This document shows, piece by piece, positions 29,458 through 38,825 of a stretch of DNA of 64,000 bases. A model generated the notes under the pieces. That model searched no databases. It was not told the DNA's origin and worked only from the letters and a program-made list of their open reading frames with translations. Numbering within the stretch: the stretch's first letter is position 1; each line of letters opens with the position of its first letter. This DNA comes from Chloroflexota bacterium (GTDB lineage: Bacteria; Chloroflexota; Dehalococcoidia; Lucifugimonadales; UBA826). Made by a program: the position numbers and the translations under genes. Location of the stretch: positions 258 to 64,257 of the forward strand of contig QGNN01000003.1 of the NCBI GenBank assembly GCA_003228105.1, in the 5' to 3' direction.

Positions 29458-30942
29458 CTATTGTTTTTTTTGTTTATTGAGTTCTAAGGTGACGATGTCT
29501 GAGGCTATCTGTGGGTTAGCTTGGCCTTTGGTTTTCTTCATGACCTGGCCTACCAAATACCTCACAGCAGAATCTTTCCCGTTCAGGTAATCGCCCACAG
29601 CACTTTGGTTTTCAAGAAGTGTTTCTGTAACTACATTTTGTATGGAGGAGGAGTCATTTATTTGAGATAGTCCCTTCTCCTCTGAAATTTTTGTTGGATC
29701 ACCACCATTAATAAACATCTCGTCAAATATAGTTTTAGCCATTGAATTACTTATTTTGCCGTCGGTCACAAGCATAATTAATTTGGCAAGTTCTCTTGGT
29801 TCCACCTTTATTTCGGACCAGCTAGATTTGAGTTCATTTTTCATCCTATTTAAATCAACATTTATCCAATTGGCTGCCGCCTTTGCTGCATCCCTTTGAC
29901 CCATTGATTCAGAGAGGTACAGTAAAGCGTTTTCAAATAACAGCGTTGATTCCTTATCACCAATCATTACCGAGGCATCATAATTGGATAATCCAAATAT
30001 CTCGATATACCGCTCTTTTTTTTCGGCGGGAAGTTCAGGTATTTCGGACCGCATCTCATTTACCCATTTAGGCGAGATTAATATCGGAGGCAAATCAGGC
30101 TCAGGAAAATATCTGTAATCAGCAGCGTATTCTTTGGTACGTTGACTCAAGGTTGTACCTCTACCGTCTGACCACCCTCGAGTCTCTTGTTCAATATTTC
30201 GGCCTTCATCTAACAATTTTCGCTGTCTAATCTCCTCATATTTCAAAGCCCTAAATACGGATCTGAAACTATTGATATTTTTAATTTCCACTTTGGACCC
30301 AAGTTCCTTTGAACCCAAAGGTCTCACACTAATGTTGGCGTCACATCTAAAGCTACCTTCTTCCATATTCGCAGTGCTTGTCTCCAAGAACCTTATTATT
30401 GAGTGTAAATTAGTTAAATACTGGTTTGCCTCTTCAGGGCTGTTCATATCTGGTTCACTTACAATTTCCATCAAAGGAACCCCTGCTCTGTTAATGTCAA
30501 GTAGGCTGTATGTTTCTCCATAGGGTTCTTTTCGGTGTATCAGTTTAGCCACATCTTCTTCTAAATGTACTCGGGTAATTCGAATGTACTTTTCCCCGGT
30601 ATCTGGGCTTTTTATAGACAGCCTCCCATTAAGGGCTATCGGAATATCAAACTGAGATATTTGGTATCCTTTCATAAGGTCAGGATACGGGTAATTTTTT
30701 CGGTCAAATTTTGTTTCTGGTGAAATCTCGCACTCTAAAGCCAGCCCCGTTTTAATTACTAGATCAACTGCTTTCTTGTTTACCACAGGTAGAACTCCAG
30801 GCATACCCATACAAACAGGGCAGACTCGAGTATTCGGTTCTGAATTTTGGTAATCGGCACCGCAAGGGCAGAACATTTTGCTTGAGGTTAGGAGTTGAGA
30901 ATGAACCTCCAGACCAATTACCGTTTCATAGCTGTCAGTCAT
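29458..30942 (-). CDS. gatB: Asp-tRNA(Asn)/Glu-tRNA(Gln) amidotransferase subunit B
   Basis: IGLEVHSQL N-terminus, CPVCMGMPGVLP block and a YqeY-like C-terminal tail. 494 aa. Confidence 0.95.
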   Translation of the reverse strand: MTDSYETVIGLEVHSQLLTSSKMFCPCGADYQNSEPNTRVCPVCMGMPGVLPVVNKKAVDLVIKTGLALECEISPETKFDRKNYPYPDLMKGYQISQFDIPIALNGRLSIKSPDTGEKYIRITRVHLEEDVAKLIHRKEPYGETYSLLDINRAGVPLMEIVSEPDMNSPEEANQYLTNLHSIIRFLETSTANMEEGSFRCDANISVRPLGSKELGSKVEIKNINSFRSVFRALKYEEIRQRKLLDEGRNIEQETRGWSDGRGTTLSQRTKEYAADYRYFPEPDLPPILISPKWVNEMRSEIPELPAEKKERYIEIFGLSNYDASVMIGDKESTLLFENALLYLSESMGQRDAAKAAANWINVDLNRMKNELKSSWSEIKVEPRELAKLIMLVTDGKISNSMAKTIFDEMFINGGDPTKISEEKGLSQINDSSSIQNVVTETLLENQSAVGDYLNGKDSAVRYLVGQVMKKTKGQANPQIASDIVTLELNKQKKQ

Positions 30943-31043
30943 AATTTGTGTATACCAGCCCCTAAATAAACGTATGTATGTTTTGTAACGTAACTGAAAT
31001 TCTTATAAAGGCATCAATATTAAATCTAATGTGATATTACACT

Positions 31044-31316
31044 TCAACAGTTCGATATGCTAAAGACATTGAATTTTGTATATTGTACTGGGGAAAGCTT
31101 TACTTTTAATCCAGGGAAGAGAGTTGTGTGTATTTTGTGCTTACATTGAATAACCTCTCCGTGAGGAGTTTTGACCCAGAATATTGTTTCGTCGCCTCTG
31201 AAATCTTTTCGTACGACTATGTTTTTGCCGGTTGGTGTTGGTTCCATAGAAAGATCTGTTTGTCTTATCGCAACCTCAACTTGATCCCCATCAGAAAATG
31301 TTTCAGGCATTCTCAT
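31044..31316 (-). CDS. detached TOBE-like C-terminal domain of the upstream ABC ATPase
   Basis: In frame with 31365..32099 and separated only by TAA (31365..31367) plus 16 sense codons (GSVSGESVNTSIGALP). The sequence resembles the regulatory C-terminal domain of FbpC/PotA-type ATPases. Confidence 0.55.
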   Translation of the reverse strand: MRMPETFSDGDQVEVAIRQTDLSMEPTPTGKNIVVRKDFRGDETIFWVKTPHGEVIQCKHKIHTTLFPGLKVKLSPVQYTKFNVFSISNC

Positions 31317-31364
31317 GGGTAGTGCCCCGATACTTGTGTTGACAGACTCTCCAGAGACGGAGCC

Positions 31365-32099
31365 TTATATAAAATCACAATTTCCACTCATCAATGCGGA
31401 CTCCTTGCTATTAGGCCAGAAGTATATTTGATCAGGAGGCCCAACTTGCTGGATGGCTCCTTCCACCATAATAGCAACCCGATCCGAAATAGAAAAAGCC
31501 TCTTCCCTATCGTGGGTTACGAATATTGTAGTTGTGTTACTTGATTTTAAGATTTGCTCCATTTCCATTCTTACCGATAACCGTAAGGAAGCATCAAGAT
31601 TAGAGAATGGCTCATCCATCAGCAGAACGGTAGGGTTGGTTGCCAGAGTCCTGGCAATGGCGACTCTTTGTTGTTGACCACCTGATAGTTCATGTGGGTA
31701 CCTATCTTTTAGTCCTTCAAGCCTGGTTAACTGTTGCACCCTTTCTGAATTCTCATCCTGTATTTTCTTTTCAAGATTTGAAATCCCAAATAGAATATTT
31801 TTTTCCACCGTTAGATGGGGAAATAAAGCGTAATCTTGGAATATCATCCCTATGTTTCTGTTTGATGGTTGTAAGTTAATATTCGGGCCAAAAATTTTAT
31901 GGTTTTTGAGATAAATATTCCCTTGACTGGGATTTTCTAGCCCCGCGATTATTCTGAGAAGGGTAGTTTTGCCGCACCCACTAGGGCCAAGGATAGAAAG
32001 TATTTCACCAGCTAATAAGTGCATATTCAGGTTTTTTATAACGTGATTCTGCCCGAAATTAATATTCAGATTGCTACATTCCAAAAGAAAGTCACCCAA
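31365..32099 (-). CDS. ABC importer ATP-binding protein (FbpC/PotA-like), nucleotide-binding domain
   Basis: Walker A GPSGCGKTT, signature LSGGQQQR, Walker B LLMDEPFS, H-loop VTHD. Confidence 0.9.
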   Translation of the reverse strand: MGDFLLECSNLNINFGQNHVIKNLNMHLLAGEILSILGPSGCGKTTLLRIIAGLENPSQGNIYLKNHKIFGPNINLQPSNRNIGMIFQDYALFPHLTVEKNILFGISNLEKKIQDENSERVQQLTRLEGLKDRYPHELSGGQQQRVAIARTLATNPTVLLMDEPFSNLDASLRLSVRMEMEQILKSSNTTTIFVTHDREEAFSISDRVAIMVEGAIQQVGPPDQIYFWPNSKESALMSGNCDFI

Positions 32100-32103
32100 T
32101 TAT

Positions 32104-33723
32104 CTATTCACCCCACGAAGTATTAAAAATGTTATTTTTTAATACTATTATAGTAAGTGGTATGGATGACAGTAAGATTAGTAAAAGTGAAGGGATGGCG
32201 GCTCTTGCGAAAAACGCTTCTGAAGTAAACGACCAAATTGCAGTAGTGAGGGTATGGAAATCCAATGGCGCGAGTAGAAGAACTGCCGGTAACTCCTTCA
32301 TTGTTATTAAGAAAACAGTCGCAGCGGCCATGGTAAGTCCAGATTTCAGGAGGGGCATATTAGTCGCAATCACAGATTTGATACGACTTTTGCCTAGGGT
32401 CATTGACGACTCTTCATATCTGGGGCTTATTTGGGTCATTGATGACCTTATTGCACTTAGTCCCGTAGGCATACACAGCACAGCACAGGCTACCACCAGT
32501 AGAGGTAGTGTTTGGTAGATGGGAGACCCTATTTTCGATCCGAAAAATACGAGCGCTAAAGAAACTGCGATGCTTGGTAATGCATAACCGGTGTAACACA
32601 TTTTTTCGATGGCAGTTGTTAAAAAACCAGAATGTCTGATTGCTAAATAACCCACCGGTAACGATAAGGTAACTACTACAGTTGCTGTGAGTACAGAGAG
32701 TATGATGGAATTTAGAGCCAAAACATGATTGGGTTCTGCAGCTAAAATAGAGACGGTCTCCCCATGATACAACCCTCTAAGCACCCAATAGAGAAGAACA
32801 CATATTGGAATTGCGACGGATATCAGAGATACCAAAGCACACACCCCAGCAGCCGGCCATCGCCATTTTCCTATATCTATCGAGGGGAGTTTTTTTGATG
32901 AGCTACTTGAATTTTTGTAGTACCTTTTGTTTCCTCTAACTAGAAGTTCAAAGCACATAAATCCGGTAGCCACTATAAACAATGTTAGAGATAACAATGC
33001 AGCCGCATTTCTATCAAATCCAGCTTCATATTGGTTATAAATTGACCAGGTGAAAGTTTTGTAACGAAGTAAAGAAACAGCTCCAAAGTCACTCAGCGTA
33101 TATAAAGACACTAACAGTGATCCTGATAGGATGGCAGGTTTGATTGAAGGTATGGTCACCTTGATTAGAGTTTGAAGATGACTCAACCCCATCATTCTCG
33201 CAGTTTCTTCTCCCGACACGTCCATATTTGATAAATTTGACCTAATTGTAAGTATTATGTAGGGGTAATTGAGTAGGCTTAAGGTTAAAAGGCTTCCATA
33301 ATATCCGTACATAGCGGGGGCACGCCCAACCCCGAATAAAGTCCTTGTTATTTCATGCAGGAGACCCCCGTTTCCACTGAAGGATATGAGAATGTATGCC
33401 CCGACATAACTGGGTATCACGAGCGGTAGAAAAGTAAGAACTGACCACAGCTTGCGGTAGGGTAAATTAGTGCGAATTGTTAGCCAGGCAATTGGCACTG
33501 CTATAACTACGGATAACATTGTAACGGTGATAGCTAAAAACATAGACCTAGCAACGATCATGATCGTTTTGGGCCTCATTAGCCAAACCCATATATCAGG
33601 GTTCGATCCCGCAACCCGAATTATGAGATAAATTAGTGGAGTTATACATACCGCAGCCGCAATTAACGATGGTATTAGAACCCACATTGAAGTGTTGATA
33701 GGTATCGGTTTTATTAAAGTCAA
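32104..33723 (-). CDS. ABC importer permease, two fused MetI-like domains (FbpB/ThiP-like)
   Basis: 539-aa protein with about 12 TM segments in two homologous halves. TTG track start; ATG (MWVLIP) is an alternative. Confidence 0.8.
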   Translation of the reverse strand: MTLIKPIPINTSMWVLIPSLIAAAVCITPLIYLIIRVAGSNPDIWVWLMRPKTIMIVARSMFLAITVTMLSVVIAVPIAWLTIRTNLPYRKLWSVLTFLPLVIPSYVGAYILISFSGNGGLLHEITRTLFGVGRAPAMYGYYGSLLTLSLLNYPYIILTIRSNLSNMDVSGEETARMMGLSHLQTLIKVTIPSIKPAILSGSLLVSLYTLSDFGAVSLLRYKTFTWSIYNQYEAGFDRNAAALLSLTLFIVATGFMCFELLVRGNKRYYKNSSSSSKKLPSIDIGKWRWPAAGVCALVSLISVAIPICVLLYWVLRGLYHGETVSILAAEPNHVLALNSIILSVLTATVVVTLSLPVGYLAIRHSGFLTTAIEKMCYTGYALPSIAVSLALVFFGSKIGSPIYQTLPLLVVACAVLCMPTGLSAIRSSMTQISPRYEESSMTLGKSRIKSVIATNMPLLKSGLTMAAATVFLITMKELPAVLLLAPLDFHTLTTAIWSFTSEAFFARAAIPSLLLILLSSIPLTIIVLKNNIFNTSWGE

Positions 33724-33929
33724 TGTTTACTGATTTTCCTTGTGGGTCTAGTAATAATTGAAGTGCCAATATTAGGATTGAAAAATCATGAAAAAATTCT
33801 GATAAGTATAGCCTAATTTTATAAGGAAGTATGAACTAACAAATATAGTATCGCTAAGCATACCGTTAAGTCTTCTTTTACTGAATTGCTGTTTTTTCCT
33901 ACTGAACGTAGAATGCGCTCTCAAATAGA

Positions 33930-35051
33930 ATGCATCGAAGGGGGACTAAATTGTTAGAGCAGTTCAAAGTGCAACCGGAAGACCAAGTTAGAGTAACGGA
34001 AGAAAATCTTAGAAAAACAGTGGAGGCTGTATTTTCAAAGATGGGGCTTGACGACTCTGATTCAGCGTTGGGAGCTGATGTTTTGGTAAAGGCAGATATG
34101 AGAGGTGTGGACACTCATGGTGTCTCCAATATGCTGCGGTCTTATGTCACAGGGTATGGGAATGGGGAACTTAATTCTCATCCTAACTGGACTATAACAA
34201 GAGAAACCCCAGCCACCGCAAATATAGATGGCGATAGAGGCTTGGGGATAATTGTAACCCCGAAAGCAATGGATATAGCGATTGAAAAGGCCAAGAATGT
34301 GGGTATGGGAGTTGTGACTATTCATAATTCAAGGCACCTTGGTATGGCTTCATATCACGCTTTGAAGGCAGTAGAAAACGACATGATAGGCATGTGTATG
34401 ACATCGTGCCCTCCCGGGGTTTTACCGACCTTCGGAGCAGAACCTGTTTTGGGTACGAATCCCATAGCGATTGCGGCTCCTGCTGATAAAGAGGCTCCCT
34501 TTGTGTTTGATGCTGCCATGAGCGCTGTTGCCGGTAATAAACTAGGCCTTGCTAGAAGAAACGGGACGCAATTATTAGCGGGGTGGGTGGCCGATCATGA
34601 TGGTAGCCCAATTATGGAAGAAGTGGATCCTCCAACACCGGGCTATGAAGGTTCTGCTTCATCCTATTTGCTTCCCGTTGGAGGGACACGGGAATTAGGA
34701 TCGCATAAAGGGTATGGGATGATGTGTCTCGTTGACATATTAGGAGGCATTTTGACAGGAGGCGGGTATGGTATGAGCCCTGGCCGACCAAATTTTGGAC
34801 ATTATGTAGCCGCCTACAACATCGAAGCTTTCATGGACACGAAAGAATTTAAAAGAACCATGGATGAATGGATTAACATGCTGAATTCTTCCAAACCAGC
34901 ACCTGGTCATGATCGAGTTATGTATCCCGGCCAACCGGAGCATGAGGAGGTTATTGAAAGAACCGAAAAAGGTATACCTCTACATTATGAGGTTGTCGAC
35001 TGGTTTAAAGATATATGCGGCGAATTGTCTATTCCGTTTTCCCTGGTTTAG
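33930..35051 (+). CDS. Ldh_2-family malate/L-lactate/sulfolactate-type dehydrogenase
   Basis: ADMRGVDTHGV, GTNPIAIAAP and HKGYGM blocks typical of the Ldh_2 family. Confidence 0.85.
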   Translation: MHRRGTKLLEQFKVQPEDQVRVTEENLRKTVEAVFSKMGLDDSDSALGADVLVKADMRGVDTHGVSNMLRSYVTGYGNGELNSHPNWTITRETPATANIDGDRGLGIIVTPKAMDIAIEKAKNVGMGVVTIHNSRHLGMASYHALKAVENDMIGMCMTSCPPGVLPTFGAEPVLGTNPIAIAAPADKEAPFVFDAAMSAVAGNKLGLARRNGTQLLAGWVADHDGSPIMEEVDPPTPGYEGSASSYLLPVGGTRELGSHKGYGMMCLVDILGGILTGGGYGMSPGRPNFGHYVAAYNIEAFMDTKEFKRTMDEWINMLNSSKPAPGHDRVMYPGQPEHEEVIERTEKGIPLHYEVVDWFKDICGELSIPFSLV

Positions 35052-35056
35052 TGTAG

Positions 35057-35099
35057 ATATTCTCGTCAGGGCTAGATAAACGAGCCCTGACGAGAATAT
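35057..35099. terminator. bidirectional hairpin between convergent genes
   Basis: Perfect 17-bp inverted repeat ATATTCTCGTCAGGGCT / AGCCCTGACGAGAATAT with a 9-nt loop, followed by TTTT on the plus strand. Confidence 0.7.
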
Positions 35100-35100
35100 T

Positions 35101-36714
35101 TTAATAATCCCTAAAAGGATTAGGCATTGGTCCAACTGGTACTTCTATCAATGTCGGAGCTTCTATACTCAGCGACTCTTGCACGGCTTTCCCTAGTTCA
35201 AGTGCTCCGCCTTCGACTCTTACACCCCTCACACCAAAAGCTTCAGCGAGCTTCATGAAATCAGGGTTATGAACTTCAGCCCCATATTCTCTTCCATTAA
35301 ACATGTTGATCTGATCTCTCATTACGTTTCCGTAAGCGTTATCGTTAAATACCACAGCAACCACGTTGATTTGGTGTTTTGCAGCCGTGGCTAACTCCTG
35401 GACATTGAACATAAATCCACCATCCCCACAAACAACCACAACTGCCTTATCTGGTTGTGCAACTTTAGCCCCTAGTGCGGTTGGATAAGCATATCCCAGA
35501 TTACCGTAATAGGAGGAGGTAATGTAGGTCCTTGGTTCATAAACTTCAAATTTATTTCTACTGTAATACCCAATTTGAGTCATACCTGAGATGAATATTC
35601 CATCATCCGGCATGACGCTTCGAATGGCTTTCGTGAAAGATTCTTGCGGTTCAATTACCGTGCCGGGATTAAATCTTTCGGCCTTTAGTTTTGTTAGCTC
35701 TTCTTCTCTACTTTCACGAGGCGGCATTACGTTTTTCAAACCATTTAAAATCTCTGTGAGAGTCTTTTTGGCGTCGCCATTGACCCCTTCTGTGTTGTCA
35801 TAATTACGACCTATTTCTTCATCGTCTATGTCAATCTGGAGGACTTTTTGACCTGTCAATTGTTGGTTGTTTAGGAACCTCGTCCCAACGGCCACAACCA
35901 AGTCATAGTCTTGGATTCTATTTTCAAAAAAAGTGTCGTTTTTGAATCGAAAACTACCGATTGATAGGTAGCTTCTGTCTGAAATAGCTCCTCTACCTTC
36001 ACCGGTTGCTATAACAGGGGCTTGTAAAAATTCCGCTAAAGATGTTAGTTCCTTTGATGCTTCACCAGATATTCCCCCCCCCCCGGCCCATATAAGAGGG
36101 TTTTTTGCATTGGAGATAAGATCAACCCCCCGGCTTACGCTTTCTTTACTAGCCGCAGGCCTCTCATATTTTCCAGCTTCCAACAAGTTAATATCAGCTG
36201 TGTCGGAAAGGGTTTCTGGGGGTATTTCTATTTGGACTGGCCTTGGTCTCCCTGTTTGTAGTTGCTCAAAGGCTTCATGCACGGCCTCTGGTATCTCAGC
36301 AGGATCCAGTATAAGTTTTTGATGTTTGGTAATGGGTTTTATTGTTTCAATTTGACCTTTTATTTCGTGGAGCATTCCTCTTTCAAGGTTAATGTGATCC
36401 CTCTCAATCTGACCTGACACAACTAAGATAGGAGACGATGCTGAATATGCTGTACCTATTCCTGCACTGGCATTTTGAAGCCCTGGCCCTGGCACAACCA
36501 ATGCTGTACCTATACCTCCCCCTGCCCGGGAATACCCATCAGCCATATAGGTTGTAGCCTGTTCATGTCTGGTATTAATAAACCGTATTCCTGGCTCTTT
36601 TGCCAACCCATCAAGGAGATGGTACAGCTGTACCCCCGGCAAACCAAAAATTACTCTCACTCCTTCTCGGTAAAGTGATTTGGCGAGTGCTTCGCCCCCG
36701 GTCATTTTTGTCAT
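35101..36714 (-). CDS. thiamine-diphosphate-dependent enzyme (acetolactate synthase-like)
   Basis: N-terminal GGEALAKSL..GV..IFGLPG and TPP-binding motif GDGGFMFN...NN. 537 aa. Confidence 0.85.
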   Translation of the reverse strand: MTKMTGGEALAKSLYREGVRVIFGLPGVQLYHLLDGLAKEPGIRFINTRHEQATTYMADGYSRAGGGIGTALVVPGPGLQNASAGIGTAYSASSPILVVSGQIERDHINLERGMLHEIKGQIETIKPITKHQKLILDPAEIPEAVHEAFEQLQTGRPRPVQIEIPPETLSDTADINLLEAGKYERPAASKESVSRGVDLISNAKNPLIWAGGGGISGEASKELTSLAEFLQAPVIATGEGRGAISDRSYLSIGSFRFKNDTFFENRIQDYDLVVAVGTRFLNNQQLTGQKVLQIDIDDEEIGRNYDNTEGVNGDAKKTLTEILNGLKNVMPPRESREEELTKLKAERFNPGTVIEPQESFTKAIRSVMPDDGIFISGMTQIGYYSRNKFEVYEPRTYITSSYYGNLGYAYPTALGAKVAQPDKAVVVVCGDGGFMFNVQELATAAKHQINVVAVVFNDNAYGNVMRDQINMFNGREYGAEVHNPDFMKLAEAFGVRGVRVEGGALELGKAVQESLSIEAPTLIEVPVGPMPNPFRDY

Positions 36715-36725
36715 GAATGTTTCTC

Positions 36726-37895
36726 CTAGTTCTGGGTTTTGTTTTTGTAGCTTTCTGTCGCCTTGCTGAGAGATACGGTTTTTAATGCTTGTAAGTTATC
36801 CCTATTGTCTTCAGACCATTTTTGAGATGTCACCAAATTATCAAGCGAGCCTTGGAAATGGGGCATGACGTATCGGGCTATTAATTCATAACTGTGTCTT
36901 ACTTGTTCTCTAGTGCCCCATTCTGTAGCCTGAATCATGAAACCACCAAATCCTCCACTTTGCTCGCCTAGTTCTTTGATTTTTTCTATTAGATCGTCTG
37001 GGGTTCCTACACACCAAGCCCCGTTATCAGCCATGTAGTCTATTATTTTGTCTTTGGGTCCGTCGTAATCAAAAGGTGTTCCCATAGTTTGGTGGAAATA
37101 ATCGTATTGGTATGCGGCTGACTTTTCTCTTGCTTGGTCCATTGCTTCTTTTTTGGTGTCAGCCAAATGAACGTGTAAGACGATCCTCCAGTCAAGTCTG
37201 TTTACAGTTTGACCGTATTCTTCTGCTGTATCTTCTGCGATTTTCCAGAAGTCCCCCAAATTAGAAGCTACGCTTCCGCCTCTTATGACACTAACAGAAA
37301 GTACTCCCAAACCATGCTTTCCAGCTGCAATCATCCCTGAAGGTGATTGTGCTGCTGCAACGGCCATCGGAAAATGCGGTTCTGTATAGGGTCTCAAGTG
37401 TATTAAGGCTTCCCTCAAAGTGAACCAGTCAGATTCATAGGTTATCGGCTCTGTTTCTGTAAGAAGTCTTTTTATTATACCTATTGCTTCGTCCATTCGA
37501 GGTCTTTGTAAAGATGGTTCGATGCCAAGTGCATAGGCATCGGAAACCAAAGCGCCTGGACCTACACCCAGCATCACCCTCCCTCGGGTCAGGTGATCCA
37601 ATAGAACCATACGATTTGTAAGCATTAGTGGGTGGTGATACGGCAAACTGGCAACTCCTGTGCCTAGTTTGATGTGTTTGGTTCTTTCTGCTGCGACTCC
37701 TATAAATACCTCAGGAGAAGATATAGTCTCCCATCCCGCACTGTGATGCTCACCTATCCAAGCCTCGTCGAAGCCTAGGTGATCCAACCATTGTATTGTC
37801 TCTAGGTCCCTTTCTAGGGCGAGAGTTGGGTTGTCTCCTAGCGAGTGAAAAGGTGCTAGGAAAATCCCAAACTTCATTCGATTTGGTAAGGTCAT
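36726..37895 (-). CDS. LLM-class (luciferase-like) flavin-dependent oxidoreductase
   Basis: MKFGIF..., GFDEAWIGEHH block, TIM-barrel-sized 389 aa. Confidence 0.85.
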   Translation of the reverse strand: MTLPNRMKFGIFLAPFHSLGDNPTLALERDLETIQWLDHLGFDEAWIGEHHSAGWETISSPEVFIGVAAERTKHIKLGTGVASLPYHHPLMLTNRMVLLDHLTRGRVMLGVGPGALVSDAYALGIEPSLQRPRMDEAIGIIKRLLTETEPITYESDWFTLREALIHLRPYTEPHFPMAVAAAQSPSGMIAAGKHGLGVLSVSVIRGGSVASNLGDFWKIAEDTAEEYGQTVNRLDWRIVLHVHLADTKKEAMDQAREKSAAYQYDYFHQTMGTPFDYDGPKDKIIDYMADNGAWCVGTPDDLIEKIKELGEQSGGFGGFMIQATEWGTREQVRHSYELIARYVMPHFQGSLDNLVTSQKWSEDNRDNLQALKTVSLSKATESYKNKTQN

Positions 37896-38001
37896 TTGGT
37901 TTCTTTTCCTCCTAGTTATAATGGCAAGCCACCTATAGAGATTAGGGTGGGGATTAAACCCTGAAATGTTATCATCAGGTCTATATCTTCTTCAAACCCT
38001 T

Positions 38002-38814
38002 CTAGATGTAGTCGTACTTTTTTAGAACCGCAAGATCTTTACATGCCATGAAAGAAGTTCCTTGAAAACTTTTTATCATGGTTATCAATTTATCCAACAT
38101 GTTGAGCCTGCCCGGTCTTCCTATAATCCATGGGTGCATGGTTAAAACAAAGGTTCTTTTATATTTATATAAACCCTCAAATGCTTCAGACCATACTGAA
38201 TATACATGTTGAGGGCTCGCCATGACATTAGTTTGATTCAGGAAAGGAATGTAATTGAAAAATGGGTGATCATCTAATTCCCAATGTATGGGAATTTCAA
38301 TTATAGGTGCTTCTTTGGTATGGATAAGATAAGGAACGTCATTTCCCATCATACTGGAGTCATATAAAAAGTTATTTCTTTTCATTATTTCCAATGAATC
38401 TGGGCTCAATTCCCAACTAGGAGACCTATACCCTACGGGAGACTGCCCTGTTATGTCTTTTAGTATTTCCGAACCCTGCTTTAGTATCTTTTCCTCTTCT
38501 TGTGAGTTCAGTGTGGAAGGTGGTTCATGCATATAACCATGGTTCCCTATCTCATGACCTCTTCGATGAATGTCCAATACCAATTCTGGATGTGTTTCGG
38601 CTATGAAACCTGGTATGAAAAATGAAGACTTTATTTTGTGTGAATCTAATAGATCTAGAATCCTGGGTGTTGCGATTGAAGGACCATACTCTCTCATAGA
38701 CATTAAAGTAGGTAGATTTTTGGATGCTGGATTCCTGTTAATGGTTCCACTGATACCGTCGAGATCGAAACTTATTACTATCGGGCAAGCTATTTTGTCA
38801 GGCCAAATCACCAT
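38002..38814 (-). CDS. polysaccharide deacetylase (NodB homology) family protein
   Basis: FDLDG and HGYMHE metal/catalytic motifs. ATG at 38814 avoids a 37-nt overlap with proS. Confidence 0.8.
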   Translation of the reverse strand: MVIWPDKIACPIVISFDLDGISGTINRNPASKNLPTLMSMREYGPSIATPRILDLLDSHKIKSSFFIPGFIAETHPELVLDIHRRGHEIGNHGYMHEPPSTLNSQEEEKILKQGSEILKDITGQSPVGYRSPSWELSPDSLEIMKRNNFLYDSSMMGNDVPYLIHTKEAPIIEIPIHWELDDHPFFNYIPFLNQTNVMASPQHVYSVWSEAFEGLYKYKRTFVLTMHPWIIGRPGRLNMLDKLITMIKSFQGTSFMACKDLAVLKKYDYI

Positions 38815-38825
38815 TTTAGATCCGT

